A stretch of DNA of 63,335 nt, the filler included, from Pelomyxa schiedti (Eukaryota; Protista; Evosea), in assembly GCA_020536535.1 (NCBI GenBank). It is 10 parts of 10 records of this genome, joined end to end, with 100 filler letters (N's around TTAATTAATTAA, not from the genome) between each part and the next. Parts side by side here need not be neighbours in the genome. Positions count along the whole stretch, not along the records: positions 49,898 to 53,794 come from JAHLWZ010001664.1; positions 53,895 to 55,105 come from JAHLWZ010002694.1; positions 55,206 to 56,592 come from JAHLWZ010002549.1; positions 56,693 to 59,246 come from JAHLWZ010001962.1; positions 59,347 to 63,335 come from JAHLWZ010001657.1; 5 more parts are not named here. The stretch is one strand, 5' to 3'. Of the stretch, positions 49,951 through 60,876 are shown piece by piece (position 1 is the first letter of the stretch; the number at the start of each line of letters is the position of its first letter). The notes under the pieces were generated by a model. The model worked only from the letters and a program-made list of their open reading frames with translations, was not told the DNA's origin and ran no database searches. A program made the position numbers and the translations under genes.

Positions 49951-51449
49951 GTTTTACGTTTATGGGACGGAATCGCTGGGCTCGAGGGTTCCTTGCTTGT
50001 TTTATAGAAGTACGTGGTTTGTTTTTGGTTTTTGTTGGCTCACTTTTTTGGCACATAGAATTTGAGCTTGGCATTGGCATTGTTGAATTGTTGGACGAGT
50101 ATGATAACAGTGCATTCATACACTTTGAAAACTCATTCATGTAGTACCAACATTGTAGCACTGGTTGGAGGTGGTGACCACCCGGCATTTCCTACAAACA
50201 GAGTGCGGCTTTTGTTGCACACTCGTTCTTGATTAATGCAAAGCAGGTTGTTGTGTGGAACCATGCCTCTCATCAACCCGTACGTCAAATTGAGTACACA
50301 CATGAAGTGAAATCTGTCAAATTATTGAAATACAAGTAACATCTTATGTTTCCAAAGAATTCTTCCAACACATTTCATTTCATTTAAATATCGCATCCAG
50401 TGATACTGCCATAATTCTTGTCATTCTGTTAAACAAGGCCTATGTATATGACTTGCGGGTCTCTCAGTTTATTCTTCAGTTTGATATCACCAACCCCCAC
50501 AGTTGCCTCTTTGCTTTTTTTCTTTTAATCTTATCCAATGTACATTTTTTCCTCATTTGCAGGTGTGGGAGTTATGTTTAACACCCAGGAAGGCCCTTTG
50601 ATTGTGCTGAGTACTGTTATTAACGGTTCTGGCCAGCTTGTCTTCCAAAATTTTAGCAACCCAGCTTCTCGGGGAGACATAATTGCTCACAAAGGGCCTA
50701 TCAAAGCTATTGCTGTTTGTCCCGATGGATCACATGTAGCCACTGCATCCGAACATGTTAGTATGTTGATTTCTAATATTTGAATGATCTGTGCGTTTAC
50801 AGGGTACTCTTATTCGCGTGTGGGAGACTGCACACTTCACACCAATAAAAGAGCTCCGCAGAGGTAGTTACCAAGCTGAGATACTGTCTCTTGCAATTAA
50901 TCCGCCATTGTTGGTATCTGCCAGCTGCCGTGCCGGTGTGAGGAAGTGCCACCTGTTCGCTATCGCAAGGTTTAAGTGATTGCCCCATCAGTGCCTTAAC
51001 TTTTTTCTCCCCTTTATCAGTGAAGAAGCCATGTGTGTTGCCTTTCCCACCTTTATTGGCTCTCTAATCAAGTTTCCTATTAATTGAACGATTCCGCACA
51101 GTTCGAACCGGCATTCTTGGTATGCTGTGCTTTTTTTATCACCAGCCGGCTAACTAAATTTGACCCAAAAGGTTGCACTTTATGAGTGGGGTGTCAACAT
51201 ACCTGGGAGGTGAGTGGAGCTTCCAGGAGATTGAACTCGACAAGGATGAGGCCAAATATGCTCTATGTTGTAACTCTTCAGCCGACAACCGGCTCACAGT
51301 AACCGGTACCCGTGAAGCCTTCTTTTTTTTGATCCAACTCACCGCTCCTAGTTGTAACAACATCAGGGCGGTACAAGCGGGTCACACTCGAGGTCGTGGA
51401 CAATGCCGTTACAACTGACTCACACCATGAATTGCTACAATTTCCCTGA
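49951..51449 (+). CDS. ATG18: ATG18/WIPI (PROPPIN) WD-repeat protein, 5'-partial
   Basis: GIGIVELL, NIVALVGGG, AHKGPIKAIAVCPDGSHVATASEH|GTLIRVW, ELRRG phosphoinositide-binding motif. Confidence 0.88.
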
Positions 51450-51879
51450 TAAAGGGTGATAGCACCCGTGCTTTGATGATTGGAAGCCCATTCCTCAATC
51501 CCGTTGTTCCTTGGTCGTAGTTCTCGTAATTAAACACGGCAGGAAACACCTGCAATGGGGAAAAAAAAGCACACTGAGGGTACGTGGAGGGCCGTATCCG
51601 CGTCATCGCAGTTGCACTGATTCAGGTGGGTGTGGTGACCTCCTGTGATGGCCGGCTGTGCACGGATGGTGTGGCGGTGGTTGGCTACGTGGCGGCATTG
51701 TGGACTCACAGCCGTTGAATTCTATTGCTGTCATTGGACTCTGGCATCCTCTGTAGACCAGACACTGTGGCCCCACATGTTGCTGAGTGAGGTAATCGCC
51801 ACCATGATGACGTAACCATTTTCGAAAATTTCACAAAGCCACACCAAGCGCGGGTGCCACTAATAGTCGAACAAGATAA

Positions 51880-53573
51880 ATGATGCAACCCCCGTTTCCC
51901 GTCGCAAAACCAGATAGGCAAAATGCAATGAACAGCGTGTACTTTGAGGGTGACCTGCCACCCGACCCTGTGTTGGAGACGGCAATTGCGGCACGTTACC
52001 CGGAACAAATGTTGGTGAACGTATTCTTATTTTTTCATCCCATCATCTGTTGCTTGTCTTCTTTTTGTTCGGTTGCCGTTGAGTGTTGTTGTTAACTAGA
52101 CACAAACCCTCCATCTCTGACACGAACCAGCGCTGGCATGTTGATCCAACGGCAGCCCTCGTGCTGCTGCGTGGTGCAGTTAAAAAAGTTTGCTGATGCT
52201 GCTGATCTAGCACCGCTCGTTGTGGACGGCAAGACCCTTCATCCAGAAAACCTAATGACAGTGCCCTTACACAAGTGGCCAGCATTGTCGATTGTTCCCC
52301 CGGAGAGTGGCGCCAAGGGACCAACCCCCAAGCGACGACGTCCAAATGTCCTCCCCCAACTCCCGCCGTCACCACCATCGACTGGGTTGCCAGTGACTGG
52401 AGGGCGACAGCAGCAGCAGCAGCAGCAGCCCGCAACGACAAAGCCCACAGCAACTACGAGGATGGTCCCGCCCACTCAAGCACAAATAGAGAGGATGGTG
52501 CAACTGAGAACAACGAGGAAGCGCAGGGCTTCGTCGTCGGCAGTGGTTACGGTGCCAACTCCTTACGAGGTATGCTTGCAACACTCTGGGGTTTTTGATG
52601 TCAGTAACGTTTGGTTGGCAGATTATCAGCAAGAAGATCATGTATGAAGGGGAACTGTTGTGCCGAGAACTGTGTGATTGGAAGTCGGGCATAATGGAGC
52701 AAACGAAGGCAGAAGTTGGCGCAGAGTACCGTGAGCGTCATTCAGCGTTGTTTATGCCTGAGTCTCTGCCATTTGAAATTGACAACATTGGGCAAAGGCG
52801 TCAGAAGATAGTTGAGCAACTTACCAAAGCTTCCCAGTTCATCACCGAGGTGATTGTTTGGTTCCAGGCTGCTCTTGATGCTCTCCACTCAACCCTGGGA
52901 ACGGCTGCGTCGCCCGTGACTGCTTTGCCGCAGCTATCAACAGCCCCAAGGTTGACCCTGGTTCCAGCAACCCCTACTAGTAGCAGCAGCGGAGAAGCGG
53001 TGGAGCCCCCTGTCACGATCATGGGCAGGTTCGTTGGGGGGATAGTGCGTCAGATTTTCAATGCCGAAGATGGTGTTGGAGATCTGGGGGTGGACAAGGA
53101 CCTTGATGAGGTCAGTATTGTTCCTTTGCTTGCTTATTTGCCTTGCTTGTTGTGCTTGTTGTGCTTGTTGTGCTTGTTGTGCTTGTTGTGCTTGTTGTGC
53201 TTGTTGTGCTTGTTGTTCTTGTTTTTCCCTCTGCTTTGCTTGCTTTATGTTTGTTGGAAACTAAACTAACTTTGTTCCCAAGTTATCTGTTGAACAGCTT
53301 ACTGCGATTGAACAATACTTCGAGATCAAAGTTGGCTTCTCTTCACTTGGTGATAGTCTAGATACACAATTCCAAGGAGCTGCAGTCGCCCTTAGGAAAA
53401 TTGGAGGTCAACTGGACGCTCAAGCCGAGCTCATTCCTATCGTCATTGCCAACTGTCAGCAGATTATGGCTCAGATTGAGAATGTTCTTGGACCCTATAG
53501 AGAGTCTGTATCTAAATTGGCCCACCTCAAGCAGATGCTTCCACCCAAGTTCCGAAATCCGCACCACACCTAG
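51880..53573 (+). CDS. Hypothetical protein with Pro/Gln-rich and helical regions
   Basis: Four or more exons joined by GT-AG introns; last exon 53283-53573 LSVEQLTAIEQYFEIK..KFRNPHHT*. Confidence 0.6.
53144..53215. repeat. Intronic minisatellite (TGCTTGTTG)x8
   Basis: Eight perfect 9-bp units inside the intron that starts at 53111. Confidence 0.95.
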
Positions 53574-53794
53574 ACCACACCTAGAGAGTGGCTGACTGCA
53601 TTGAGTGCCTTTAAAAAGAACTTTCCCCCATTTGCTTGTTCACCACACTGTTCGAATTGTCCAAACGAGAACAGCTGGTTGTCGACAATGATGTGCGGTT
53701 TGCTGTTTCTTGTCTCATCTCCCACACAGTAAACCACAAGTGCTGTTTTACATCGTGATGATAGCCCCCTTCCCAACAATGCAATGAACACGTC

Positions 53795-53894
53795 NNNNNN
53801 NNNNNNNNNNNNNNNNNNNNNNNNNNNNNNNNNNNNNNTTAATTAATTAANNNNNNNNNNNNNNNNNNNNNNNNNNNNNNNNNNNNNNNNNNNN
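53795..53894. other. Artificial contig spacer
   Basis: N44-TTAATTAATTAA-N44. Confidence 0.97.
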
Positions 53895-54864
53895 GTGGGA
53901 CACACTTGTGGGAGGAGTGAGCTGAACTGAATGCACACAGTGAACATATTGGATCCCTCTCCTCCAAACAGAATAGATCAAGATCTTTCTTTGGATGTTT
54001 GGGGCATTTGTGTTCTTCAGTCAAAACGAGTGACTCGGTTATTGGTTCTGCCTGGTCCAACAATTGAGAGCTGTGGATACAGTTGAAGCATTTTTGTACC
54101 TTGTGAGACTTGAATCTAGGTGCCTTATGATGGATGTCGAAGCACAACTCGCAGAACAGTAGTCCCTTGCATTTCGAGCACGTCAACGTTGCTTTCTTGG
54201 CAGCTGAATTTTCATCCATGCAATAGCCAAGCATGCACAATCCCTCCTGCCAGAATAAAAAGTTAGTAGTTGGCACTGTGCACCCCACGACACACCTCCT
54301 CTTTATCCTTCGTGACCTGGAGCAGGTACTCACTAGCACTGGCATCAGACACGAGCGTTGATACATCGCAGACCCTGGCTGATGTTGCCCCGCAGCCTGC
54401 CACCGGGCATTGCACTGAAATCACACTGGGACTGCTGCTGTCTCTTCCTCTCTGTGTGGTGCCTATGGTTCATTGTCAGCCACTTAAGACAATTGATTTT
54501 TAATTCTTTGTGTGGCTACTTGTACACAAGCCCAACCTGGTTGCGATCCAAGTGCGGATGGTGGCAAGTCGTTGACCTGTTTGCCTCTACATCTACTACC
54601 AGTGGTATCCCCACTCGTCGACGTGGACACAGCGACCAGGGCACGTTCGTGTAACATGGTGAGTGTTGCCACTGACGCGATGTGGCGGTAGCACCCACGG
54701 CACACGACGTGCCCACACGACGACGACGACGACGTCGACGGCGGTGTGGAGGAGGAGGAGGAGGAGGCAGCTGATTTGGACGCGGGGAACAACACCGGAT
54801 CGGTTATGGGACACCCCAGTCCGCCGCACACACTGCACTGTGGGACAGGCTGCTCCGACGTCAT
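53895..54864 (-). CDS. TRIM-like RING / B-box1 / B-box2 protein, 3'-partial
   Basis: CSVC..CGHVVCRGC..CPVAGC RING; B-box1 TCSKCKGLLFCELCFDIHH..H; B-box2 CPKHPKKDLDLFCLEERDPICSLCAFSSAHSSH. Confidence 0.8.
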
Positions 54865-55028
54865 CCTGTGTGATGGAGATCGAGAACTTCTCAGAAAAGC
54901 GATCGCGTCGGTGTGGGTGTGTGCATCGTGACACGATGAGATTGCTGAAAATAAAAAAAAAGCAGCGATTCTTTAAAGGGGGTTACCCTTTAGCTCAAAT
55001 CCTAAATCACCGGGGACAATCGAGTTCC

Positions 55029-55105
55029 ATCGCGGAAGCTGATTTAATCGCGGTGCATCGCGATGAACTCCGTATTAACCGCGGTGAACCGCGAGGAATC
55101 GTGAT
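55029..55105. repeat. Degenerate 10-bp periodic A[TC]CGCG array upstream of the TRIM-like gene
   Basis: Motif starts at 55029, 55047, 55057, 55078, 55088 and 55098 (ATCGTG), with a degenerate unit near 55067. Confidence 0.6.
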
Positions 55106-55205
55106 NNNNNNNNNNNNNNNNNNNNNNNNNNNNNNNNNNNNNNNNNNNNTTAATTAATTAANNNNNNNNNNNNNNNNNNNNNNNNNNNNNNNNNNNNNNN
55201 NNNNN
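55106..55205. other. Artificial contig spacer
   Basis: N44-TTAATTAATTAA-N44. Confidence 0.97.
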
Positions 55206-55451
55206 CTCAGTTCCAAACCACAGCAACGTGTGCATGGAGTGTGACGAGAGGCCACCCGACGTGCAGTTGCAGCCTTGTGGCCACGTTGTCCTGTGCTCCC
55301 AGGTATGACTTTGTTGTTTGTTTGTATATGTAGTTTTCCCTTGTCATTAATGACAACAACCACACACAACAAACAACACACGCAGTGTGCAGTAGTCATG
55401 AAGAAGTGCCCTGCTTGTCGCTACCTCATCAAGGACAAACTTCATTTGTAG
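55206..55451 (+). CDS. C-terminal C3HC4 RING (IAP/MIB-like), 5'-partial
   Basis: VCMECDERPPDVQLQPCGHVVLCSQ|CAVVMKKCPACRYLIKDKLHL*. Confidence 0.85.
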
Positions 55452-55929
55452 TGGTGGCCAGTGAAAGACAACAAAGTTTGTTCCCACAGATCAATAGATG
55501 CTTTGCGGCGACGCTGACCTTGTCAGCCACAGACACAGGCTTAATTAACTGAGTTCATTGTTTATGCACTTGTCTCCTCTCATTTGGTGCAGACTGCAGC
55601 AAGACGATCTGACTTGGTGCTAAGCTTAGTGTGTGTGGCGTTTCAGGGAACAACATGTTTTTTTTTCTTTCATTTCAATTGTAAAGAATGAATAAATAAA
55701 ATATAAATTTGCCTTTCTGTGTGGCGTGTAACGGTGGATGGTGCAACAGAACGTCGCATTTTGGTGACACAGGTTGTTGAGTCGTCAGTATTGGTTTTTT
55801 TTTCCCCAATGTGCTTGCTTTTATTTTATGTTGAGATCGCACAAGTCTTTGTTACTGTTTTTCTTTGTCTTGTGTGATTTAAGTTTGTTTTATTTTGTTT
55901 GGCTGGTCTTGTTTTTGTTTTTGTTCCCG

Positions 55930-56484
55930 CATTCAACCTGTGTTGAAATGGGTCTTCTGTTTCCGGCACCTTGTGGTGCTTTTTTCTTTTTCGATTTCTG
56001 CCCTTTTCTGCATTTCCAGCATTTTTTGACTTTTTCTCCAGGCTCGAGGTATTATTTAGGTGTAGGCCAACCTGCCTACTCAATCTATTACCAAGGTACA
56101 TTCCCTTTTTATTATCACCCCACTCAACAACAACAGGACCCTGGATGTCAGAAGGACTGCCAAACAGAGTGCAATGTCAGGCTTTACTTCCGCCTCCACC
56201 CACTTCACCTCAGCACTAACACCCCTTGCTCTTGCTCTCACTCTCGTTCTCTCACTCTCGCATTCTCTCATTCTCTTGCTCTCTAACTCCCTCTCTCGCT
56301 CTCTCATTCTCTTGCTCTCGCTCCTACTGAAGTTGGTTTTCGTTCCAGCCCTCTCATCCCCATGTACTTTCAGAAAAAAAACACACTGCCCGGGGAGCCC
56401 CATTAACGGTCTGCCTGGGCTGCGCACTTCCCACCAACTTGGAGGCCCCAGTGGGGTGGTTGGTCGACCTGTGGGACTGCCCAA
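55930..56484 (-). CDS. Arg/Glu-rich coiled-coil protein fragment
   Basis: SESKRMRERERELESKRMRECESERTR; flanking GT-AG candidates; model incomplete. Confidence 0.35.
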
Positions 56485-56592
56485 GTGTGCACACTTTTTA
56501 TCGGGTTTATTAGTTTTCTCAGTCCAGAGACGAGGAACTGAGACGGAAAAAAAAGGCGTTTTCTACAAGACCATCGGCCACGGGGTGCAACC

Positions 56593-56692
56593 NNNNNNNN
56601 NNNNNNNNNNNNNNNNNNNNNNNNNNNNNNNNNNNNTTAATTAATTAANNNNNNNNNNNNNNNNNNNNNNNNNNNNNNNNNNNNNNNNNNNN
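56593..56692. other. Artificial contig spacer
   Basis: N44-TTAATTAATTAA-N44. Confidence 0.97.
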
Positions 56693-56696
56693 TGAA

Positions 56697-56830
56697 GTTG
56701 ATTTCCAAATTCGTTAAGTCCGCGCTGCTGACTCAGCACCTGAGTCTCTCAGTCCTGCGTTGCTTCAGCGGTTTGCATTGAAGAGTTTGCCTGTGGATTC
56801 ACTGAATCACACACTTGATGTCTTCTGCGA
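56697..56830. repeat. Diverged ~130-bp direct repeat, second copy ~58330-58445
   Basis: Shared TTGATTTCC..GTCCG..TGCTGACTCAGCA..GTCTCTCAGTC..GAGTTTGC..ACTGAATCACAC blocks. Confidence 0.7.
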
Positions 56831-57185
56831 AGTGGCAACATCGGGTCTCTGCTCTTGTGTTATTCCTTGGTGGTTCTCACTCAGTGTATCGTTTGAGTTG
56901 TTTCTGAAGTGCTGTTGTTCCTTTGTCCATGCCTGTGTGACCTTTTTCTCCACAGGAATAGACTTCATGCTGTGAAGTCAAGGCTAGCACAATAGCATTG
57001 GGTTTGAAGTATTCACAAGTGTATTTTGGTTTTTTTTTGTGGTGATGCAGCAGTACCTGCTGTTTTGATTGTGGCATGGGCCCCTGCTGCAACAGATAAC
57101 CCTTGTGAACTGCTGAGTGTTGTTCAAACCCAATGTTTGTTGAACTGAGGTACACACAATAGTAATCGCTGTACAAGGTCATCAC

Positions 57186-58320
57186 TCAGCAATGGCAATG
57201 GGAAAGGGGGTGAGCTGGGGTGTGTGTTGTGGAGAATCTCTTCAATGTGAGTAGCACCAAGAGTGTCCAGGTTGCCGTAATTATCGCCAACTGGGCACCA
57301 CTAATGAGATCCTTAATCTGAAATGACACTGTCCCCTCTATGGAGCCACTGCAGGGTGTAGAATAAACTCCTGTGCCTTCAGGTGACAGAAGATCTACTG
57401 TCGTATCTTGAATGCAGTTGCAGGGAGTATCCAAGTCAGAAGCACAAAACACCTGTTGGTTGGAGTTCTGTTGTTAAGGGTGGCAACCAGGTGTGAGGGC
57501 TTGTGTGTGACCAGTCTTATGTATTCTGAAGAAAAGATCTTCACCCTTTGAGATACAGTGTTGTACACCTTGAAGCCCTTCTGAAGTGAATGTATTGTTA
57601 TCATTTCCTCAGCAGATACCCACAGCATGTCAATTGGAGAGGCGTAAGGCAGGGCAACCCTTTTTGCAATCACAACGGTGTCGCTTTCCAGACTATGAGG
57701 CAGGTCAACAAACAATACGTAGTTCCCCTGGAGCAGCTCCATTACCATCACTGCCAACGCATCTCCCTCGCCAGGTGGAAACCCACTTTCAATGCAATAC
57801 AGGTCCCCCAGGTTTATGTCAAACCCAGGATTCTTGGGTTCACCATTCTCAATTTTCCACAGGGTAAGAACGAGCCACTTGGAGTTGCAATACCATTCAC
57901 TGCAGTGAACCCATGGTTGTAGGATACTGACAAACCAACCTTTGCTGTTCATGACACATGACGTGTAAGCTTGGTCTTTCAGAGCTTCGTTTTTCAGAGC
58001 CACAACAAAGTTGCTGCTCCCTGGAATTCTGCACTGTATTCCCTTCAACATTGGGGGGATCCAGCACGCGCAGCTCACAACTCCAAGCGTTGGTGACAGC
58101 TCCAAAGACACGCAACACCTCACATTCCAAGTTATATATCCATCCCACACACTCTTGTCAACCAGGTCAAGAACGTGCCTTGTGGGACATACCACCCACC
58201 TCCTTCCAAGTATCTCCATAACGTGGAAAGACCCCCTCAGCAGTTGTACGGCACAGCCAGGGCCACATCGGCAGTCAAAAAAGATCCCACATGCCAAGGC
58301 AACGAACGATCAGGTAGATT
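57186..58320 (-). pseudogene. 'ARDQ-module' family member with two single-base frameshifts
   Basis: GAT-CG-TTC-GTT-GCC-TTG becomes DQFVAL if one A is restored at 58307/8; RCG, RRWVV, YCNSKW, FVDL motifs; second frame switch near 57475. Confidence 0.6.
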
Positions 58321-58519
58321 TCCGCGAACTTGATTTCCTTAGATGTCAGGTCCGAGTGCTGACTCAGCAGGACTGTCTCTCAGTCTCGGCGTTTGTGCTC
58401 GTGCTTGCAGAGAGTTTGCTTGTGTATTCTACTGAATCACACAATAGTGGTTTCCTGGGGTGAAACTTTGAAAAGGCTACTGTGTCCGCGTCGGCCTCGG
58501 CGTCGGGTCCCCGTTGGTG

Positions 58520-58760
58520 GTTATTGTCGCCTCATCAGGTACGACTTGGAACCCTCCTTGTGCACCCACTCCACCATCCATGAGGGTGCCGTTGGGGCCG
58601 AGGCCGCTCCACCGGCCCCACCCATCCCCAGGTGCCACTCACATTCGCAGACTTTGTGGTTGTTGGACAGCCTCTGGGTGCCTCGGCCATGTTGGGCAGC
58701 GCCTCACCAGTTGCCGTCGTACTGCTCCCCGGTCTCTCACCAGCACACCCCGTGGCCTAC
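58520..58760 (-). pseudogene. MORN-repeat remnant
   Basis: GHGVCW*ETGEQYDGNW*GAAQHGRGT..CECEWHLG; in-frame TGA at 58737-58739 and 58704-58706, then frameshifts. Confidence 0.55.
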
Positions 58761-59246
58761 ATAAATTGATTCTGTTATGTAAGGAACTGCAGTTCCGGTC
58801 CTTTGAAATTGTTGATTCATGATTGACTATGCAATGTTGGAGTGCAGCCACAATTGGAGTCACAGCAAGAACGAGCACAACAACCAGACAACCCTCCTCC
58901 GTGACCAAAACCAACTTTTTCACAGTCTTTCCTCAGGAAAAGTTGGTTTTAGATGCGGAAGAGCGTTGGAGGTAAAAAGGAGGAGGAAGGCAAATGCACA
59001 ACAGGTGTGAGGAGTGATGGGCAAAGGATTAAGGGAATCTTGGTGTGATGATTGGGCGCCAAGTTGGCCAACTAATTATGGCCATTCACGGGAACCAGCG
59101 AGTTCAAGCTAACAGACCCCAGCCAACCCACCTTATAAACCCCTCTGTATTGTGTAAATAGTTAAGACAAAGTTGTTAGAGAAACAAACACAACACATGA
59201 GAACAACAACACTGTTCAGCCCACAACGTCCCTCTCCCAGACCACC

Positions 59247-59346
59247 NNNNNNNNNNNNNNNNNNNNNNNNNNNNNNNNNNNNNNNNNNNNTTAATTAATT
59301 AANNNNNNNNNNNNNNNNNNNNNNNNNNNNNNNNNNNNNNNNNNNN
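59247..59346. other. Artificial contig spacer
   Basis: N44-TTAATTAATTAA-N44. Confidence 0.97.
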
Positions 59347-59508
59347 CGGAAAGCTAAACGGCGTTGACAGCATTGCCCTGCGTGCCACGCGTTTAAACGC
59401 ACTTGATCTTTGTAACCAAAGGGAGGAAAAAATAATTTGTTTTTGTTCATAGTAGTTCACTATTTTAAAATCTGGACAAAAAGAAAGGAACAAACAAAAC
59501 AATTCAAT

Positions 59509-60876
59509 TCAAAGCTCTGAGCATCTAATTTTGAGATCCCTGAGGCTGGTGAAGTCGACAACAAGCCCTGATGACGGTTCAATCACTTGCAGACTCTCAA
59601 TTTCCTCAGGGTCGGGTGCAACACCTCCGATGCTGATCTGTGGAGCAGTTATGTGATTGCAGTCCCACACATCCAGCCTCTCGTCTTCCTCATCGTGGAC
59701 TGCAAAGATTACTTGTTCACTTGCAAGATGCGGCTCTCATCCGGTTCAGCCCTGGAGTAACGGAAGTTGTATAGCCGATTTACAACCCCACCAGGTTGCA
59801 CAGCAAAAACCAACGTCGGGCACCCCATCTGCTCAACAATGAACACGCTCCCAGCTCGGGATTCCATCACAAGTACAGATTCCCCTGCGAGGTGGCGGCT
59901 GGGGTGTGGCGGCAATGTGCACTTTGTTGTGCTCACCACTTGAAGACTTTGGAGATCGTATGTCCTATCCAAGTCGATCACAAGAAGGGTGCTGGTTCCA
60001 TCTTTGTTGGTCACCTTGAGTACGGCCTGTGCCAGGGTAACTCCACTCAGAGTGATGGATTCGACGTTCAAACCATCAAGTGGAAGAGTGACGTCACGAC
60101 GTCTCGCCTTGTTGGCATATGCTCCAGTAACACACAAGGAATCCCCTATGTGCTCGACATGCCACTGGCGGCTATGTGCAGAACACTCTCCATGGTGCTG
60201 TCTAATCCGGCCGAATAGTCTTAAGTTCTGCACCTTACAAGCGATGAATTTCACGCCAAGCCAGCAGGGAGCGTTCAATTTTCCCCCCCTGTCCACCCAA
60301 ACCCCAGTTATGCCGAGAAGCAAACATGACACTCCAGTCCTGATGATCACCTCCGCTTTGTCGTAATCCCCATAATCGTAGTCATCACTGTGTATGTATT
60401 CGTGGAGATAGTTCCTGTTCACCACAGTGGCAGAAACCTCTGAGAACCGCGAGCGTGCCAACACCCAGTCGCACCAGAACATCCAGACGAGGTGGAGCCC
60501 CATAATCCCGGCTGGGGAGCTCCCGCCGCAGCGCTGTGATTGAGATGCCAGCGCCAGTGCCGCGACCTGATCGCGTGCCCTCAGCCCCCGATCACTCATG
60601 GCTACCTTGCCAAGCCACCATGGAGTTGTATTCTCGGTGTCTTTCTTTGTGGTGGCGGTAGAGTGTCTGGTCCTTGGCCTCTTGGTCATTGGCTCGTCGG
60701 CTTCGCTATCATCAGTGATATTGCTTCTGCACCGCACCCCAACAAAGAAAGAAATAATATTAATGTAAATAACGAGGGCACAACATAAACACAGTCACAA
60801 AAGGCAAAAGGGGGAAAAAGAACCTCTGATTGAGCGGTTCGTCATTGTCGTCCGAGGTCTTGTTGTTGTGTGCCAT
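59509..60876 (-). CDS. 'ARDQ-module' family protein with a frameshift near 59740
   Basis: ATG 60876, intron, then LRARDQVAALALASQSQRCGGSSPA..WCDWVL; LLVIDLDRT; the C-terminal LDVWDCN segment lies in the -1 frame. Confidence 0.65.

Noticed and set aside
53061-53361. Poly-(CAC), (VVL) and (CLL) peptides
   Set aside because: Translations of the intronic 9-bp minisatellite.
53358-53567. Minus-strand LRR-like ILNLSHNLL
   Set aside because: Antisense to the fully open last exon of the + strand gene (53283-53573).
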